This document shows positions 48,524-58,009 of a stretch of 64,000 nucleotides of DNA, piece after piece (positions within the stretch are counted from its first letter, which is position 1; every line of letters begins with the position of its first letter). Origin of the DNA: an uncultured Pseudomonadota bacterium. Its GTDB lineage: Bacteria > Oederibacteriota > Muellerivitia > Muellerivitales > Muellerivitaceae. The translations under genes and the position numbers were made by a program. The notes under the pieces were generated by a model. The model saw only the letters and a list, made by a program, of their open reading frames with translations, made no database searches and had not been told where the DNA came from. The DNA is taken from positions 141,954-205,953 of the forward strand of contig CAWJKT010000011.1 in assembly GCA_963843375.1 (NCBI GenBank), written 5' to 3'.

Positions 48524-49552
48524 ATGAAATTTCAAAAGCTTATCCCATTATTTGCGGTGTTTTTTTCCGCTTCGGCGGCAATGGCGGCTGTTTCCTTAAA
48601 AGGGAGCGGGTCCAGCCTGGCTGCGCCCATATATTCCCAATGGATTGAAGATTTCACCCGGGATCACCCGGACGTGAAGATAAAGTATGAAGCGAAGGAT
48701 TCAGGTGAAGGAGTAAAGAAGGCCTTGGGCCATGGTTCGGATTTTGCCTCAACCGACACGCCGTTAACGGACCTCGAGGGACAAAAAACGATGAAGCGCA
48801 CCATCCTTCATTTACCTGCGGCCTTAGAGGCGGTGGCCATCACCTATAACCTCCCGGGGGTGCCGACAGGATTAAAGCTGACTCCGGGGGTCCTTTCCGA
48901 CATTTTCATTGGCACGATCAAAAAATGGAACAACATCGCCATCAGGGAACTCAACCCGGGGATCGCCCTGCCGGACATGGATATTCGAGTGCTTCACCGC
49001 GAAGAGGAAAGCTCACTTCACGACCTTTTCCCCGAATATCTGGCGGGCTTGGATCCCCAATGGATGGCTAAACGGGAAAAAGACAAGAATCTGCACTGGC
49101 CCGCGGGTGAAAAGGTAAAGGGGAATGAAAAGGTTTTGGAAAAAATGCGACTCTGGCCCGGAGTGATCGCGGCTATTGATCTATCCTTCGCAAGTCAAAA
49201 GAGCCTTCCGATGGTGGCTTTAAAAAACACGGCGGGTCGTTTCGTGGCCCCGTCGGTGGATTCCCTTGAGGCGACAGTGTCCGATTTCCCCAATCTGCCG
49301 GAGGATTTTCAAGTCAACCTCACCCATTCCCGGGCGAAGGGAGCTTATCCTCTCTGCGCCTTTTCCTATCTCCTGGTTTACCAGGATTACCTGGGGGTTT
49401 ACCACGACCATAAGAAAGGCCAGGCCTTGATGGATTTTCTCAATTGGATTTTCACCGATGGCCAGAAAAAGGAAAGAGACCTTTCCTACGGGCCCCTGCC
49501 GGAGGCTTTTCTTTCCCAGGTGCAGGACAAGCTCCAGACGATAAAATATTAA
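48524..49552 (+). CDS. PstS-family phosphate-binding periplasmic protein (no pstCAB adjacent)
   Basis: SD AAGGAGAGG. Signal peptide MKFQKLIPLFAVFFSASAAMA. GSGSSLAAPIYSQW. Confidence 0.75.
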   Translation: MKFQKLIPLFAVFFSASAAMAAVSLKGSGSSLAAPIYSQWIEDFTRDHPDVKIKYEAKDSGEGVKKALGHGSDFASTDTPLTDLEGQKTMKRTILHLPAALEAVAITYNLPGVPTGLKLTPGVLSDIFIGTIKKWNNIAIRELNPGIALPDMDIRVLHREEESSLHDLFPEYLAGLDPQWMAKREKDKNLHWPAGEKVKGNEKVLEKMRLWPGVIAAIDLSFASQKSLPMVALKNTAGRFVAPSVDSLEATVSDFPNLPEDFQVNLTHSRAKGAYPLCAFSYLLVYQDYLGVYHDHKKGQALMDFLNWIFTDGQKKERDLSYGPLPEAFLSQVQDKLQTIKY

Positions 49553-49586
49553 TCGAATTAATGGCGGGGACTTTCTCGATACCGGG

Positions 49587-50231
49587 TTAAGGTTTCCAAC
49601 TAGGCTCAAGCGAAGCTTTCATTCGATTCACCAAAGACTCCATTTCTAAATGCATTTCACTTCGGACGAGTTTAACCCTCTGACCGTGACCCGGCAGAAC
49701 CCATTCAAAATTAAACCTCAATAATCTTTCCATGGATTCGGTTTGTTTGCGCCAGGAATACCAGGCTACGTTTTGAGAGGCGTCCAACTGTTTGCGTTTG
49801 CGCCGCCACCACAAATGGTCTCCCGTAAAAAGAAATTTATCCCGATAGAGCAGAACACAATGACCCGCTGTGTGACCGGGGGTGGGGATGAGTTTGAAAC
49901 CAGGCACCGGCTCGGTGAGGCCAATTCCTTGGATAAGGATTTCCGCGTCCGGTTGAGCGCCCTTGTCTTCCTCATGAATGAACCGCTGGCTCCCAAATTT
50001 TTCAGCATATTTGGCCCATCGGCCACGTCATCCTGGTGGGTTAGGAATATATATCGGATGCCTCCCATGTCCTTAAAGCTGACGAACCAAATGGGGCAGG
50101 AACTTGGGGGAGTCGATGAGCCAGTTGCCTTCCGAGTGCTGGATGAAGTAACTATTGCCGCCAAAGGATTTGGGGGAATTAAAGCCACAATAAAAGACTT
50201 CCTCTTCAACGGGCAAGGGAAAATCACTCAT
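49587..50231 (-). pseudogene. MBL-fold metallo-hydrolase, split by two frameshifts (near 50075 and 50017)
   Basis: Three frames carry consecutive parts. First MSDFPLPVEEEVFYCGFNSPKSFGGNSYFIQHSEGNWLIDSPKFLPHLVRQL*, then ...KDMGGIRYIFLTHQDDVAD, then ...AKYAEKFGSQRFIHEEDKGAQPDAEILIQGIGLTEPVPGFKLIPTPGHTAGHCVLLYRDKFLFTGDHL... The ATG (50231) overlaps the ferredoxin stop (ATGA). Confidence 0.72.
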
Positions 50232-50473
50232 GACCTCAGAGGAATGGTTGGAATGAAAGTTCCGATGGAGCCAGTTGGGCAGGCGAGGAGGGCTTGGGTC
50301 GCGGCCCGGGTTTCTTCGGGCGTTTGGGGTTGGGATTGGACGAAGGAAGTATTTCCGGCATCCTCAAAAATATTGGGAGCCAATTGACGGCAGGTATCGC
50401 AATCGATACAGGTGGAATCGACAAAGAACTCGCCATCCACATTTTCGGAAATTCGTTTTTTGACGTCGGCCAT
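50228..50473 (-). CDS. small [4Fe-4S]/[3Fe-4S]-type ferredoxin
   Basis: 81 aa. FFVDSTCIDCDTCRQLAP...ACPTGSI (CxxCxxC...CP). Confidence 0.8.
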   Translation of the reverse strand: MADVKKRISENVDGEFFVDSTCIDCDTCRQLAPNIFEDAGNTSFVQSQPQTPEETRAATQALLACPTGSIGTFIPTIPLRS

Positions 50474-50663
50474 GGACTTCCTCGGTCAAACTAAATTTTT
50501 CGACGAATATTAAAAGCCGATCATTTTCACCATAAAATCCGGCCTCTTTTAAGTTTGGGCTGGACTTGAAAGAAAAACAAGCCTCTGCTCAAATAAACAG
50601 CTAGAATAAATCCTCTTTCTAAAGCATAAAACAAAGCATCTAATTTTTCGGGAGAGGTTTCCC

Positions 50664-52200
50664 ATGGCGACACCCATCCTTTTGGAAAATCCCCTGCGTC
50701 AAGGCTTGTCCTCCGATCGTGTTCCGGCTCCCTGTAGCCTTGTCATTTACGGCGCCTCAGGAGACCTGACCCATCGTAAGCTGGTGCCGGCTCTTTTTGA
50801 TCTTTACGAGAAACATCTTTTGCCCACTTCTTTCAGCCTGGTTGGCATTTCCCGCTCCAAGATGAGCGATGAGGAATTTAAGCAAAAACTAAAGGATTCC
50901 CTGAAGCAAGCCGAACCACAGTTGTCCGATTCCCTTTGGGACAGCTTTTCCCAGAACTTCCATTACATTTCAGGCGGATATGATGACTTTAAGGCCTATC
51001 AAAGCCTTTCCGCCTTATTGGATGAGAAAGACAGGGATAATGGAACGTCCGGTAACCGCATTTTTTATCTTTCCACTCCGCCCAACGTTTTTGAGAACAT
51101 CATTTCCAATCTGGGGGCGGCGGGTCTTGCTCGGGAGGATAAGGGATATTCGCGTATCGTCATTGAGAAACCCTTCGGCCACGACCTGGACTCGGCGAAG
51201 GAATTGAACCTTCGACGTGAAGGAAGTCTTCCGGGAACACCAGATTTACCGAATCGACCATTACCTAGGCAAGGAAACAGTTCAAAATCTTTTGGTCATG
51301 CGATTCGCCAATTCCATTTTCGAGCCCATTTGGGATCGCCGACATGTTGACCATGTGCAAATCACCGCCTCAGAGGATTTGGGAGTCGGGAGCCGGGCCG
51401 GTTATTACGAAAGCTCCGGAATTTTGAGGGATATGTTCCAAAATCACCTCTTCCAGGTCATGTGTCTGATTGCCATGGAGCCCCCAGTCAGTTATGAAGC
51501 CAATGCCATTCGGGACGAAAAATTGAAAATCCTAAAATCCATCCGTCCTTTCGATCAGCACACGCTGACCCAATGGACGGTGCGGGGGCAATATGGTCCC
51601 GGATACCTGGCGGGAGAAAGGGTCCCGGGTTACCGGCAGGAAGAGGGTGTTGACCCCAAGTCCATTACTCCTACCTATGCCGCCATCAAGATCTTCCTTG
51701 ATACTTGGCGCTGGCACGGGGTGCCTTTCCTCCTTCGATCGGGCAAACGCCTGCCGAAACGAACCACCGAAGTCGCTATCCAGTTCAAAGAGCCGCCGAA
51801 CCTGTTATTTAAAAACAATGTGACCGACCTTTCCCCTAACGTATTAGTCGTTCGCATCCAGCCCGATGAAGGCATCACCCTGAAATTCGAGACCAAGGTG
51901 CCCGGCATGACCATGGAGGCCCGAACGGTCAATATGGATTTCCGCTATGGGACGACTTTCGCTGAAGGCACTTCGGAAGCCTACGAAAGGTTGCTATTGG
52001 ATTGCATGTTGGGGGACGCCACACTTTTTATCCGCGGCGACGAGACGGAAGCGGCTTGGGGCGCCCTGATGCCGGTTATCAAACACTGGGAAACCACCGA
52101 ACCCGAGGAAGATTTTCCCAATTACGAGGCGGGAAGCTGGGGTCCGGCGGCGGCGGATCAAATGCTGGAAAAACCCTGGCGCAAGTGGCGGAGGTTGTAA
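50664..52200 (+). pseudogene. zwf: glucose-6-phosphate 1-dehydrogenase, split by a frameshift near 51212
   Basis: IYGASGDLTHRKLVPALF and EKPFGHDLDSAKELN are in ORF 50664... The active-site continuation VKEVFREHQIYRIDHYLGKETVQNLLVMRFAN... is in ORF 51217..52200. The junction is at AACCTTCGACGTGAAG. Confidence 0.88.
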
Positions 52201-52304
52201 CGTAGTTAACAGACCCTGGTCAAGATCGAATCGAGAGGTTTTAAAAATCTCAATCTTTTTTGTCCACTGTCGGCCTTCAAGCCGGTTTTCATGAGGGGTC
52301 TCGA

Positions 52305-53417
52305 ATGACAATATCAGCCCAAACCATTGAAAAAGACGTGGCGGACCTTTGGAAAGACTCGTCCGAGGAAAAAGACAATGAATTAGGGCTCCAACGAGTT
52401 TATACCACTAACCTGGTGGCTTACGCTTCCGACCATCCCGAAGGATATCGGGTGGAGCAGATTCTCAATGACCTGGCGGAAAAGCACCCGGGACGTTATA
52501 TCCTGGTAAGACCTGCTGCCGACACCACCGAACCCCCCCTGCGTTATTACGTTTCAGGCCATTGCCTATTCGGAGCAGGCCGTGAAAAGCGGGTCTGCTG
52601 CGATCTGATCAAGTTGGTGGCCCAGTCCGAGATCATCGAGAACTTATATGGCTTCACCTTCTCCCTGCTCATGCCCGATTTGCCGGTGGAATTCTGGTGG
52701 CCCGGTGATTTGCCCTATGAAAACCTCTATTTTGAAAAAATGGCTCAGGAATCCAACCGGGTATGGTTGGATTCCTCCAAGTTCAAGAAGCCCATACAGT
52801 CTTTCGCCCGACTTGCGGCCTTTTGGAACAGTCGGTATCCCCATACCCTTTTGGGGGACCTTAATTGGATTCGCATCCAAAGATGGCGGGCCCTGATCGC
52901 GGAAATGTTCGACGGGGAATGGTCCAGTTACCTCAAGGAAATCAGCCGGGTTACCATTGAGTACGGAGAGGGCACCCAGCCCACCCGGAGCTTTTTCCTG
53001 GCCTGTTGGTTGCCAGCCCGGTTGGGGTGGAAATACATAGGCCCCCGGCTTTCCGAGTTTACTCCCCAACTGGCTTTTGAAACGCCCCATGGAAAGGCGG
53101 AGGTGTTGCTGAAGGCCGTTCCTGTCCCGGATATCAAGCGGGACCGGATTTTCGCCGTGGGCATCCAGACCGGAGAAGAAACCCCCGGTCTTTTTACCGT
53201 TGTCAGGGACGAAGATCCCCATTGCGTGATTGCCCGTTCGGAGGTCAACCACAAAGTCGCATTTTCCCGCACTCTTTCCTTTGAGCACCTCCATTCCAAT
53301 GAACTATTAAACCTGGGATTAAAGCATTTGGAAGAAGACTTGGTTTGGAAAAAGACCCTGCAATTCGCGGGGACGGTTTTGATGAAACCAAAATTAACAC
53401 TCGAGGAAAAAGCATAG
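52305..53417 (+). CDS. opcA: OpcA-like glucose-6-phosphate dehydrogenase assembly protein
   Basis: About 370 aa, immediately between zwf and pgl. Its size and the zwf-opcA-pgl synteny match cyanobacterial and actinobacterial loci. ATG 52305 has SD GAGGGG. The call is by context more than by motif. Confidence 0.6.
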   Translation: MTISAQTIEKDVADLWKDSSEEKDNELGLQRVYTTNLVAYASDHPEGYRVEQILNDLAEKHPGRYILVRPAADTTEPPLRYYVSGHCLFGAGREKRVCCDLIKLVAQSEIIENLYGFTFSLLMPDLPVEFWWPGDLPYENLYFEKMAQESNRVWLDSSKFKKPIQSFARLAAFWNSRYPHTLLGDLNWIRIQRWRALIAEMFDGEWSSYLKEISRVTIEYGEGTQPTRSFFLACWLPARLGWKYIGPRLSEFTPQLAFETPHGKAEVLLKAVPVPDIKRDRIFAVGIQTGEETPGLFTVVRDEDPHCVIARSEVNHKVAFSRTLSFEHLHSNELLNLGLKHLEEDLVWKKTLQFAGTVLMKPKLTLEEKA

Positions 53418-53432
53418 GGGGTGGAGGAAGTC

Positions 53433-54294
53433 ATGGTCGTAAAGAAAAAGGCAGTTCATTCTGGATCCAAAGCAGCAAAAACCCCTCCGCGAAAGTTTCC
53501 ACGAAAAAAGTTGTGCACTTAGTTTCAAAACCAGCAAAACTCCAAACAATTAAAGTTCGAGCCCGAAATCCGCGTTTATTCCACTCCCGAGACTCTGGTC
53601 CAGGAGACGGCCCACCAGGTGATGCAACTCGCCCGGGAGGCGGTCAACGAGCGTGGGCGTTTCGTAGCGGCTCTTTCCGGCGGCACGACCCCCAAGGGAT
53701 TGTTCCAACAGTTGACTGAGGAACCCTACCAATCCCTGATTCCCTGGGACAAGACTTTTCTCTTCTTCGTAGATGAGCGTCATGTGCCGTTAACCGATGA
53801 GACAAGCAATTACCGCATGGCCCAGGAATACCTTCTTTCCAAAGCACCCATACCCCCCGGCCAATATTTTTCCCATGACCGATGGTAGCCAATCGGTGGA
53901 AAGGGCGGCGTCTTCCTACGAAATCAAGATGGGAAAGTTTTTTGGGACGAGTCTGCCACGCTTTGACCTGAGCCTCATGGGCATGGGTGATGATGGGCAC
54001 ACGGCCAGCCTCTTTCCCGGCATGCCCCAGGTGAACGAGCTGGAAAGATGGGTGGTGGGCTATTTCGTGGATAAAGTCCGCAAAGAAAGGGTTTCCCTCA
54101 CATTTCCTGTCCTTAACGCTTCGCGGTTCCTGTTGGTGCTATTGGAAGGGGAGAAAAAAGCCAAGATAGCCAAGGAAGTCCTGAAGGGCCCTTCGGATCC
54201 GCCCCGTTATCCGGTTCAATATTTGCGGCCTAAGGACGGGCGGTTGGTATTCGCATTGGACGAAGCGGCAGCCTCGTTACTTAAATCAAAATAG
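53433..54294 (+). pseudogene. pgl: 6-phosphogluconolactonase, interrupted by an in-frame TAG (53520-53522) and a frameshift in a C6 run (53853-53858)
   Basis: Strong SD GGAGGAAGTC-ATG (53433) opens MVVKKKAVHSGSKAAKTPPRKFPRKKLCT-TAG-FQNQQNSKQLKFEPEIRVYSTPETLVQETAHQVMQLAREAVNERGRFVAALSGGTTPKGLF...FFVDERHVP in one frame, with no start codon after the TAG. At ATACCCCCCGG the text shifts to ...PPANIFPMTDGSQSVERAASSYE...MGMGDDGHTASLFPG... (ORF 53797..54294). Confidence 0.8.
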
Positions 54295-54395
54295 TGGCTC
54301 TGCGGGTTGGATTCTAAGCCTAGTCTCCCTTTGCTTCTAAAAGGCGGTTTAGCATCCTCATAAATAATATGATTCGTCTTGGTTTCATAGGTTGG

Positions 54396-54974
54396 TTACC
54401 ATCGAACACTGCCGAATTCAAATAGTACCCAGAATCCCTGAAAAATACCTATAAAAAGTAAAAGAGCCTGGACCCAGGGAGAAATATTCCTGCGCCAGAG
54501 AATTCCAATACAAATCAAAACGATCAACCATTCCAAAGGCGCTACGATTTCGGCGTGGTATCTGGGATCTACATAGGAGATGGGGCTGTAAAACTGCCAG
54601 TTGCTGAAGGGTAAAAAATGCCGGTGAGGGGAATCGGAATGAACAGGAAGGTCTTCCAAGTCATGCAGCCCCATGGCCGTGAAGAAATAAAGCCCCCCTT
54701 TGCTTTGCAAGAAAAGACAGACGAGCATTCCTGCCATAGCCAAGGGAATGGAATGGCCCCAATCCACCCAAAGTTGGCGGAAATGATATTCGCTTATAAA
54801 AGCTGATTTTCCGGGAGCTTGAAAGCGGCCACCCGTAAAAATCGTTAAGAGGGCGAATAAAATCATCGGAATATCAGGAACAATCGAACCCAATACGATG
54901 GGCCAGTTCCGTTCCGGGTTTTTTTTACGGCCCAAAAGAGCTGTATTCAAAATAGCGTGGGTAGTAGTAATCAT
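54396..54974 (-). CDS. hypothetical polytopic membrane protein (possibly membrane-bound metal-dependent hydrolase-like)
   Basis: 192 aa, His-rich loops (THAILN, WGHS, HDLEDLPVHSDSPHRH), 5-6 TM. Family uncertain. Confidence 0.45.
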   Translation of the reverse strand: MITTTHAILNTALLGRKKNPERNWPIVLGSIVPDIPMILFALLTIFTGGRFQAPGKSAFISEYHFRQLWVDWGHSIPLAMAGMLVCLFLQSKGGLYFFTAMGLHDLEDLPVHSDSPHRHFLPFSNWQFYSPISYVDPRYHAEIVAPLEWLIVLICIGILWRRNISPWVQALLLFIGIFQGFWVLFEFGSVRW

Positions 54975-55037
54975 GACCTATCCCTCAAAAAATTTTCAGA
55001 AATCACACCCTTAATAGAAGAGGGGTGTGGGGGATAG

Positions 55038-57047
55038 TTACTTAAGTGAAGAGATGCTTTCTTTCGCAGCCTTCACCACGTTTTCGGTTGTAAAACCCAG
55101 GTTTTTCAAGGCTACATTGCCGGGGGCACTTGCGCCAAAGCGTTCCAGGGTGACGAACCGGCCATGAGAACCCGCCCAGCGGTGCCAGCCGAAGGAAGTT
55201 GCCGCTTCCACGATCACCCGAGCCTTCACCGAAGGCGGAAGAATCTCGTCCTGGTAAGAAGCGGGTTGAGCGGCGAAAAGTTCCAATGAGGGAGCACTAA
55301 CCACACGGGCGGAGACACCTTCTTTTTCCAGAGCTTCCTGAGCCTTTACGCAAAGTTGCAACTCGGAACCGGTGCCAATGAGAATCACCTGGGGCTTAGC
55401 GCTCTTAGCCTCCGAGAGGGTATAGGCACCCTTCAGGGTCCCGGAAGCCGGGGCGAACTTGGTTCGATCGAAAGTCGGCATGGTCTGGCGGGAGAAGACC
55501 AGGGCAGTTGGGGCATTTTTACGCTGCAGGGCCATCAGCCAGGAATAGGTCACCTCGTTGGAATCTCCGGGGCGGATCACGCAGGCGTTCGGGGTTGCCC
55601 GCATAGCCGCCAGGGTCTCCACCGGCTGATGGGTAGGGCCGTCCTCGCCCTGGCCGATGGAATCGTGCGTGTAAACAAAGATGGATTGCACGCCCATCAG
55701 GTGGGCTAGGCGGTAGGCGGGTTTCATATAGTCGTTGAACATCAGGAAGGTGGCACCGAATGGAATGACGCCGCCATGAAGGGCCATGCCGTTTAGGGAA
55801 GCAGCCATGCCGTGCTCGCGGATACCGAAGTGGAAGACCCGGTTGGCATAATGGCCCGCCTCGTAATCGCCGCCGCCTTCGATCAAGGTATCGTTGGAAC
55901 CGGCCAAGTCCGCCGAACCACCGTAGAAGAAAGGTACTTCCTTCGCGATGACGTTGATGGTCTTGCCCGAAGCCTGGCGGGTGGCCAGGCCCTTTTCGTC
56001 CGCCGGAAATACCGGCAGTTTATTTTCCAAGTCCGCGGGAAGTTCTTTAGACAAGGACTGCTGGAACTGCTTGTACTTGTCGGGGTTGGACTTGGCATAG
56101 GCGTCGCGTTTAGCATTCCAGTCCGCCTCAACTTTTTTGCCTTTTTCCACCGACTCCAAACAGCGCTTCTTGGCTTCCTCAGGAATATAGAAGGTTGGCT
56201 CCTGGGGCCATTTGAAGAATTCCTTGGTCTTCACGATCATGTCGGCCGGGATGGCGCTTCCATGCACCTTGGCGCTGTCCTGCAGAGGGCTACCGTAGCC
56301 GATGTGGGAGCGTACGGCGATGATTGTTGGTTTTTGGGTCTCAGCCCTGGCTTCGGCCATGGCCTTGTCCAGGGCTTCCAGGTCATTGGCGTCGGTGACC
56401 CGAATGGTATGCCACCCGTAAGCCTCGTAGCGTTTCAAGACGTCCTCGGTGAAGGCCAGGTTGGTGTCGCCCTCAATGGAAATATGGTTGTCATCGTAAA
56501 TAACTTTGAGGTTGGCCAACTTCAAGTGACCGGCCAGGGAAGAGGCTTCGTGGGAGACGCCTTCTTGCAGGTCGCCGTCGGAGGCGATGACCCAGGTTTT
56601 ATGGTTCACCAGTTCGTCCCCGAAGCGGGCGGCCATGATCCTTTCGCCCATGGCGAAACCCACGGCGGTGGCAATGCCCTGGCCTAGGGGGCCGGTGGTG
56701 GTTTCGACGCCCTCCGTGTGGCCGTATTCGGGATGGCCGGGAGTTTTGCTGCCCCATTGACGGAAGTTCTTCAGTTCTTCCAGGGAAAGGTTGTAGCCGT
56801 GCAGGTGCAGGAGGGAGTAAATGAGCATGGAACCGTGGCCTGCGGAAAGCACGAAACGGTCCCGGTCCGTCCAGTGAGGGTTGGAAGGCGAATGTTTCAG
56901 GTGGCGGCTCCAGAGGACGTGGGCGACGGCCGCCATGCCCATGGGCATGCCGGGATGCCCCGAATTGGCCTTGGCGGTAGCGTCTACGGCCAGCATCCGG
57001 ATGGTGTTGACGGCTAGGGTATCGGCTTGGTCAAAGGGTTTGGACAT
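55038..57047 (-). CDS. tkt: transketolase
   Basis: 669 aa. [50 protein letters not shown]. Confidence 0.95.
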   Translation of the reverse strand: MSKPFDQADTLAVNTIRMLAVDATAKANSGHPGMPMGMAAVAHVLWSRHLKHSPSNPHWTDRDRFVLSAGHGSMLIYSLLHLHGYNLSLEELKNFRQWGSKTPGHPEYGHTEGVETTTGPLGQGIATAVGFAMGERIMAARFGDELVNHKTWVIASDGDLQEGVSHEASSLAGHLKLANLKVIYDDNHISIEGDTNLAFTEDVLKRYEAYGWHTIRVTDANDLEALDKAMAEARAETQKPTIIAVRSHIGYGSPLQDSAKVHGSAIPADMIVKTKEFFKWPQEPTFYIPEEAKKRCLESVEKGKKVEADWNAKRDAYAKSNPDKYKQFQQSLSKELPADLENKLPVFPADEKGLATRQASGKTINVIAKEVPFFYGGSADLAGSNDTLIEGGGDYEAGHYANRVFHFGIREHGMAASLNGMALHGGVIPFGATFLMFNDYMKPAYRLAHLMGVQSIFVYTHDSIGQGEDGPTHQPVETLAAMRATPNACVIRPGDSNEVTYSWLMALQRKNAPTALVFSRQTMPTFDRTKFAPASGTLKGAYTLSEAKSAKPQVILIGTGSELQLCVKAQEALEKEGVSARVVSAPSLELFAAQPASYQDEILPPSVKARVIVEAATSFGWHRWAGSHGRFVTLERFGASAPGNVALKNLGFTTENVVKAAKESISSLK

Positions 57048-57468
57048 GAAAGGCTCCTTTGTTCAGAAGATGGAAAGGCTCGCCAAAAGGACGAATAAGG
57101 TCCCTATCTTATGGGCAATGGAGAATGAAAAAAAGTCCATTCCGGGGTGTTATTTTACGCTGGCGGAAGATATTTCCGGTATCTGCCAGGCTTTGGCGGA
57201 AGGTAAAGGCGATGTTGAAGAAATGGGAGCCGGGAAAGACCAACGAGCGGAAAACGGTGCCAATCTAATTGTTCGTATCGCACCCGACCGGCGATGGAAA
57301 AATTTCCATCAGGTATTGGAACTGGAATTGGAGCGAGTCCGAACCCTTAAACAGTCATTGGAGACTCTCCGAAGTTTTCCAGGCCTTTCATGGAACAAGG
57401 CAGGAAAAATGTCGTTCGAGAAACGCCTAGCGGAAAACATTAAACCCACGGGTCACAAAAGACCTTGA
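57046..57468 (+). CDS. hypothetical protein (weak call)
   Basis: This is the only ORF filling the 440-nt gap between tkt and the DUF2203 gene. The in-frame ATG at 57046 (or 57070) gives a charged, helical protein of about 135-140 aa. No SD and no family. Confidence 0.3.
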   Translation: MKGSFVQKMERLAKRTNKVPILWAMENEKKSIPGCYFTLAEDISGICQALAEGKGDVEEMGAGKDQRAENGANLIVRIAPDRRWKNFHQVLELELERVRTLKQSLETLRSFPGLSWNKAGKMSFEKRLAENIKPTGHKRP

Positions 57469-57488
57469 CGGCTGGGGGCTTAAAATGA

Positions 57489-57911
57489 TTAGAGGGGTTT
57501 GCGGGTTTGGAAGCCGCCCTGTAGGGTATGCCAATGACTTATTTCGGCTTCACCTTCCTTCCAACAAAGATAAACAATCTCTCGACCCCTGCGGTAGTAA
57601 AAATCCACCAATCCAGTATCCAAGTCCTTCAAATGGGCGCCCGATTGAAATAGTTGTTCCAATTTTTCCTCAAATTGGCGGGTTTGGCGGTGAAAAGCCT
57701 CCATTTGCTTCGTAACGGCGGCTTTACCCCTGGGGGAAAGTTCTCCATCGGAAACGGTATTCGTCATTTCCTCGATCTCAATTTGGGCCTGGGTGCGTAA
57801 AATCACCGATCGCATTTCCCGAAGCAATTTTAATGTCAGGCGGACTTGGGGAAGCAGGGCGTTGGCCTCTTCCAGGGTCAGCATTTTAATTTGGGTGTCA
57901 TCGTTGGGCAT
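57489..57911 (-). CDS. DUF2203-family protein
   Basis: LTLEEANALLPQVRLTLKLL...GAHLKDLDTGLVDFYYRRGREIVYLCWKEGEAEISHWH matches the DUF2203 pattern. SD AAGGAA. Confidence 0.7.
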   Translation of the reverse strand: MPNDDTQIKMLTLEEANALLPQVRLTLKLLREMRSVILRTQAQIEIEEMTNTVSDGELSPRGKAAVTKQMEAFHRQTRQFEEKLEQLFQSGAHLKDLDTGLVDFYYRRGREIVYLCWKEGEAEISHWHTLQGGFQTRKPL

Positions 57912-58009
57912 TGGATTCCTTGTTCGTCTTGGTTTATTGTAACAGTCGGGGGAAAAAGTCCCAACCCCGACTTTTGACAGCCTTTAAAATCGCTTTGAAT
58001 GGGTATTTG

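Noticed and set aside
53520-53522. TAG reassignment or pyrrolysine at the in-frame amber codon in pgl
   Set aside because: TAG is used as an ordinary terminator elsewhere in the window (36072-36074, 44740-44742). No pyl genes are visible, and the same gene also carries a plain frameshift.
55812-56687. 291-aa ORF antisense to transketolase (and 55356..55709, 56718..57017)
   Set aside because: Shadow ORFs inside an unambiguous tkt gene, with no family-like sequence.
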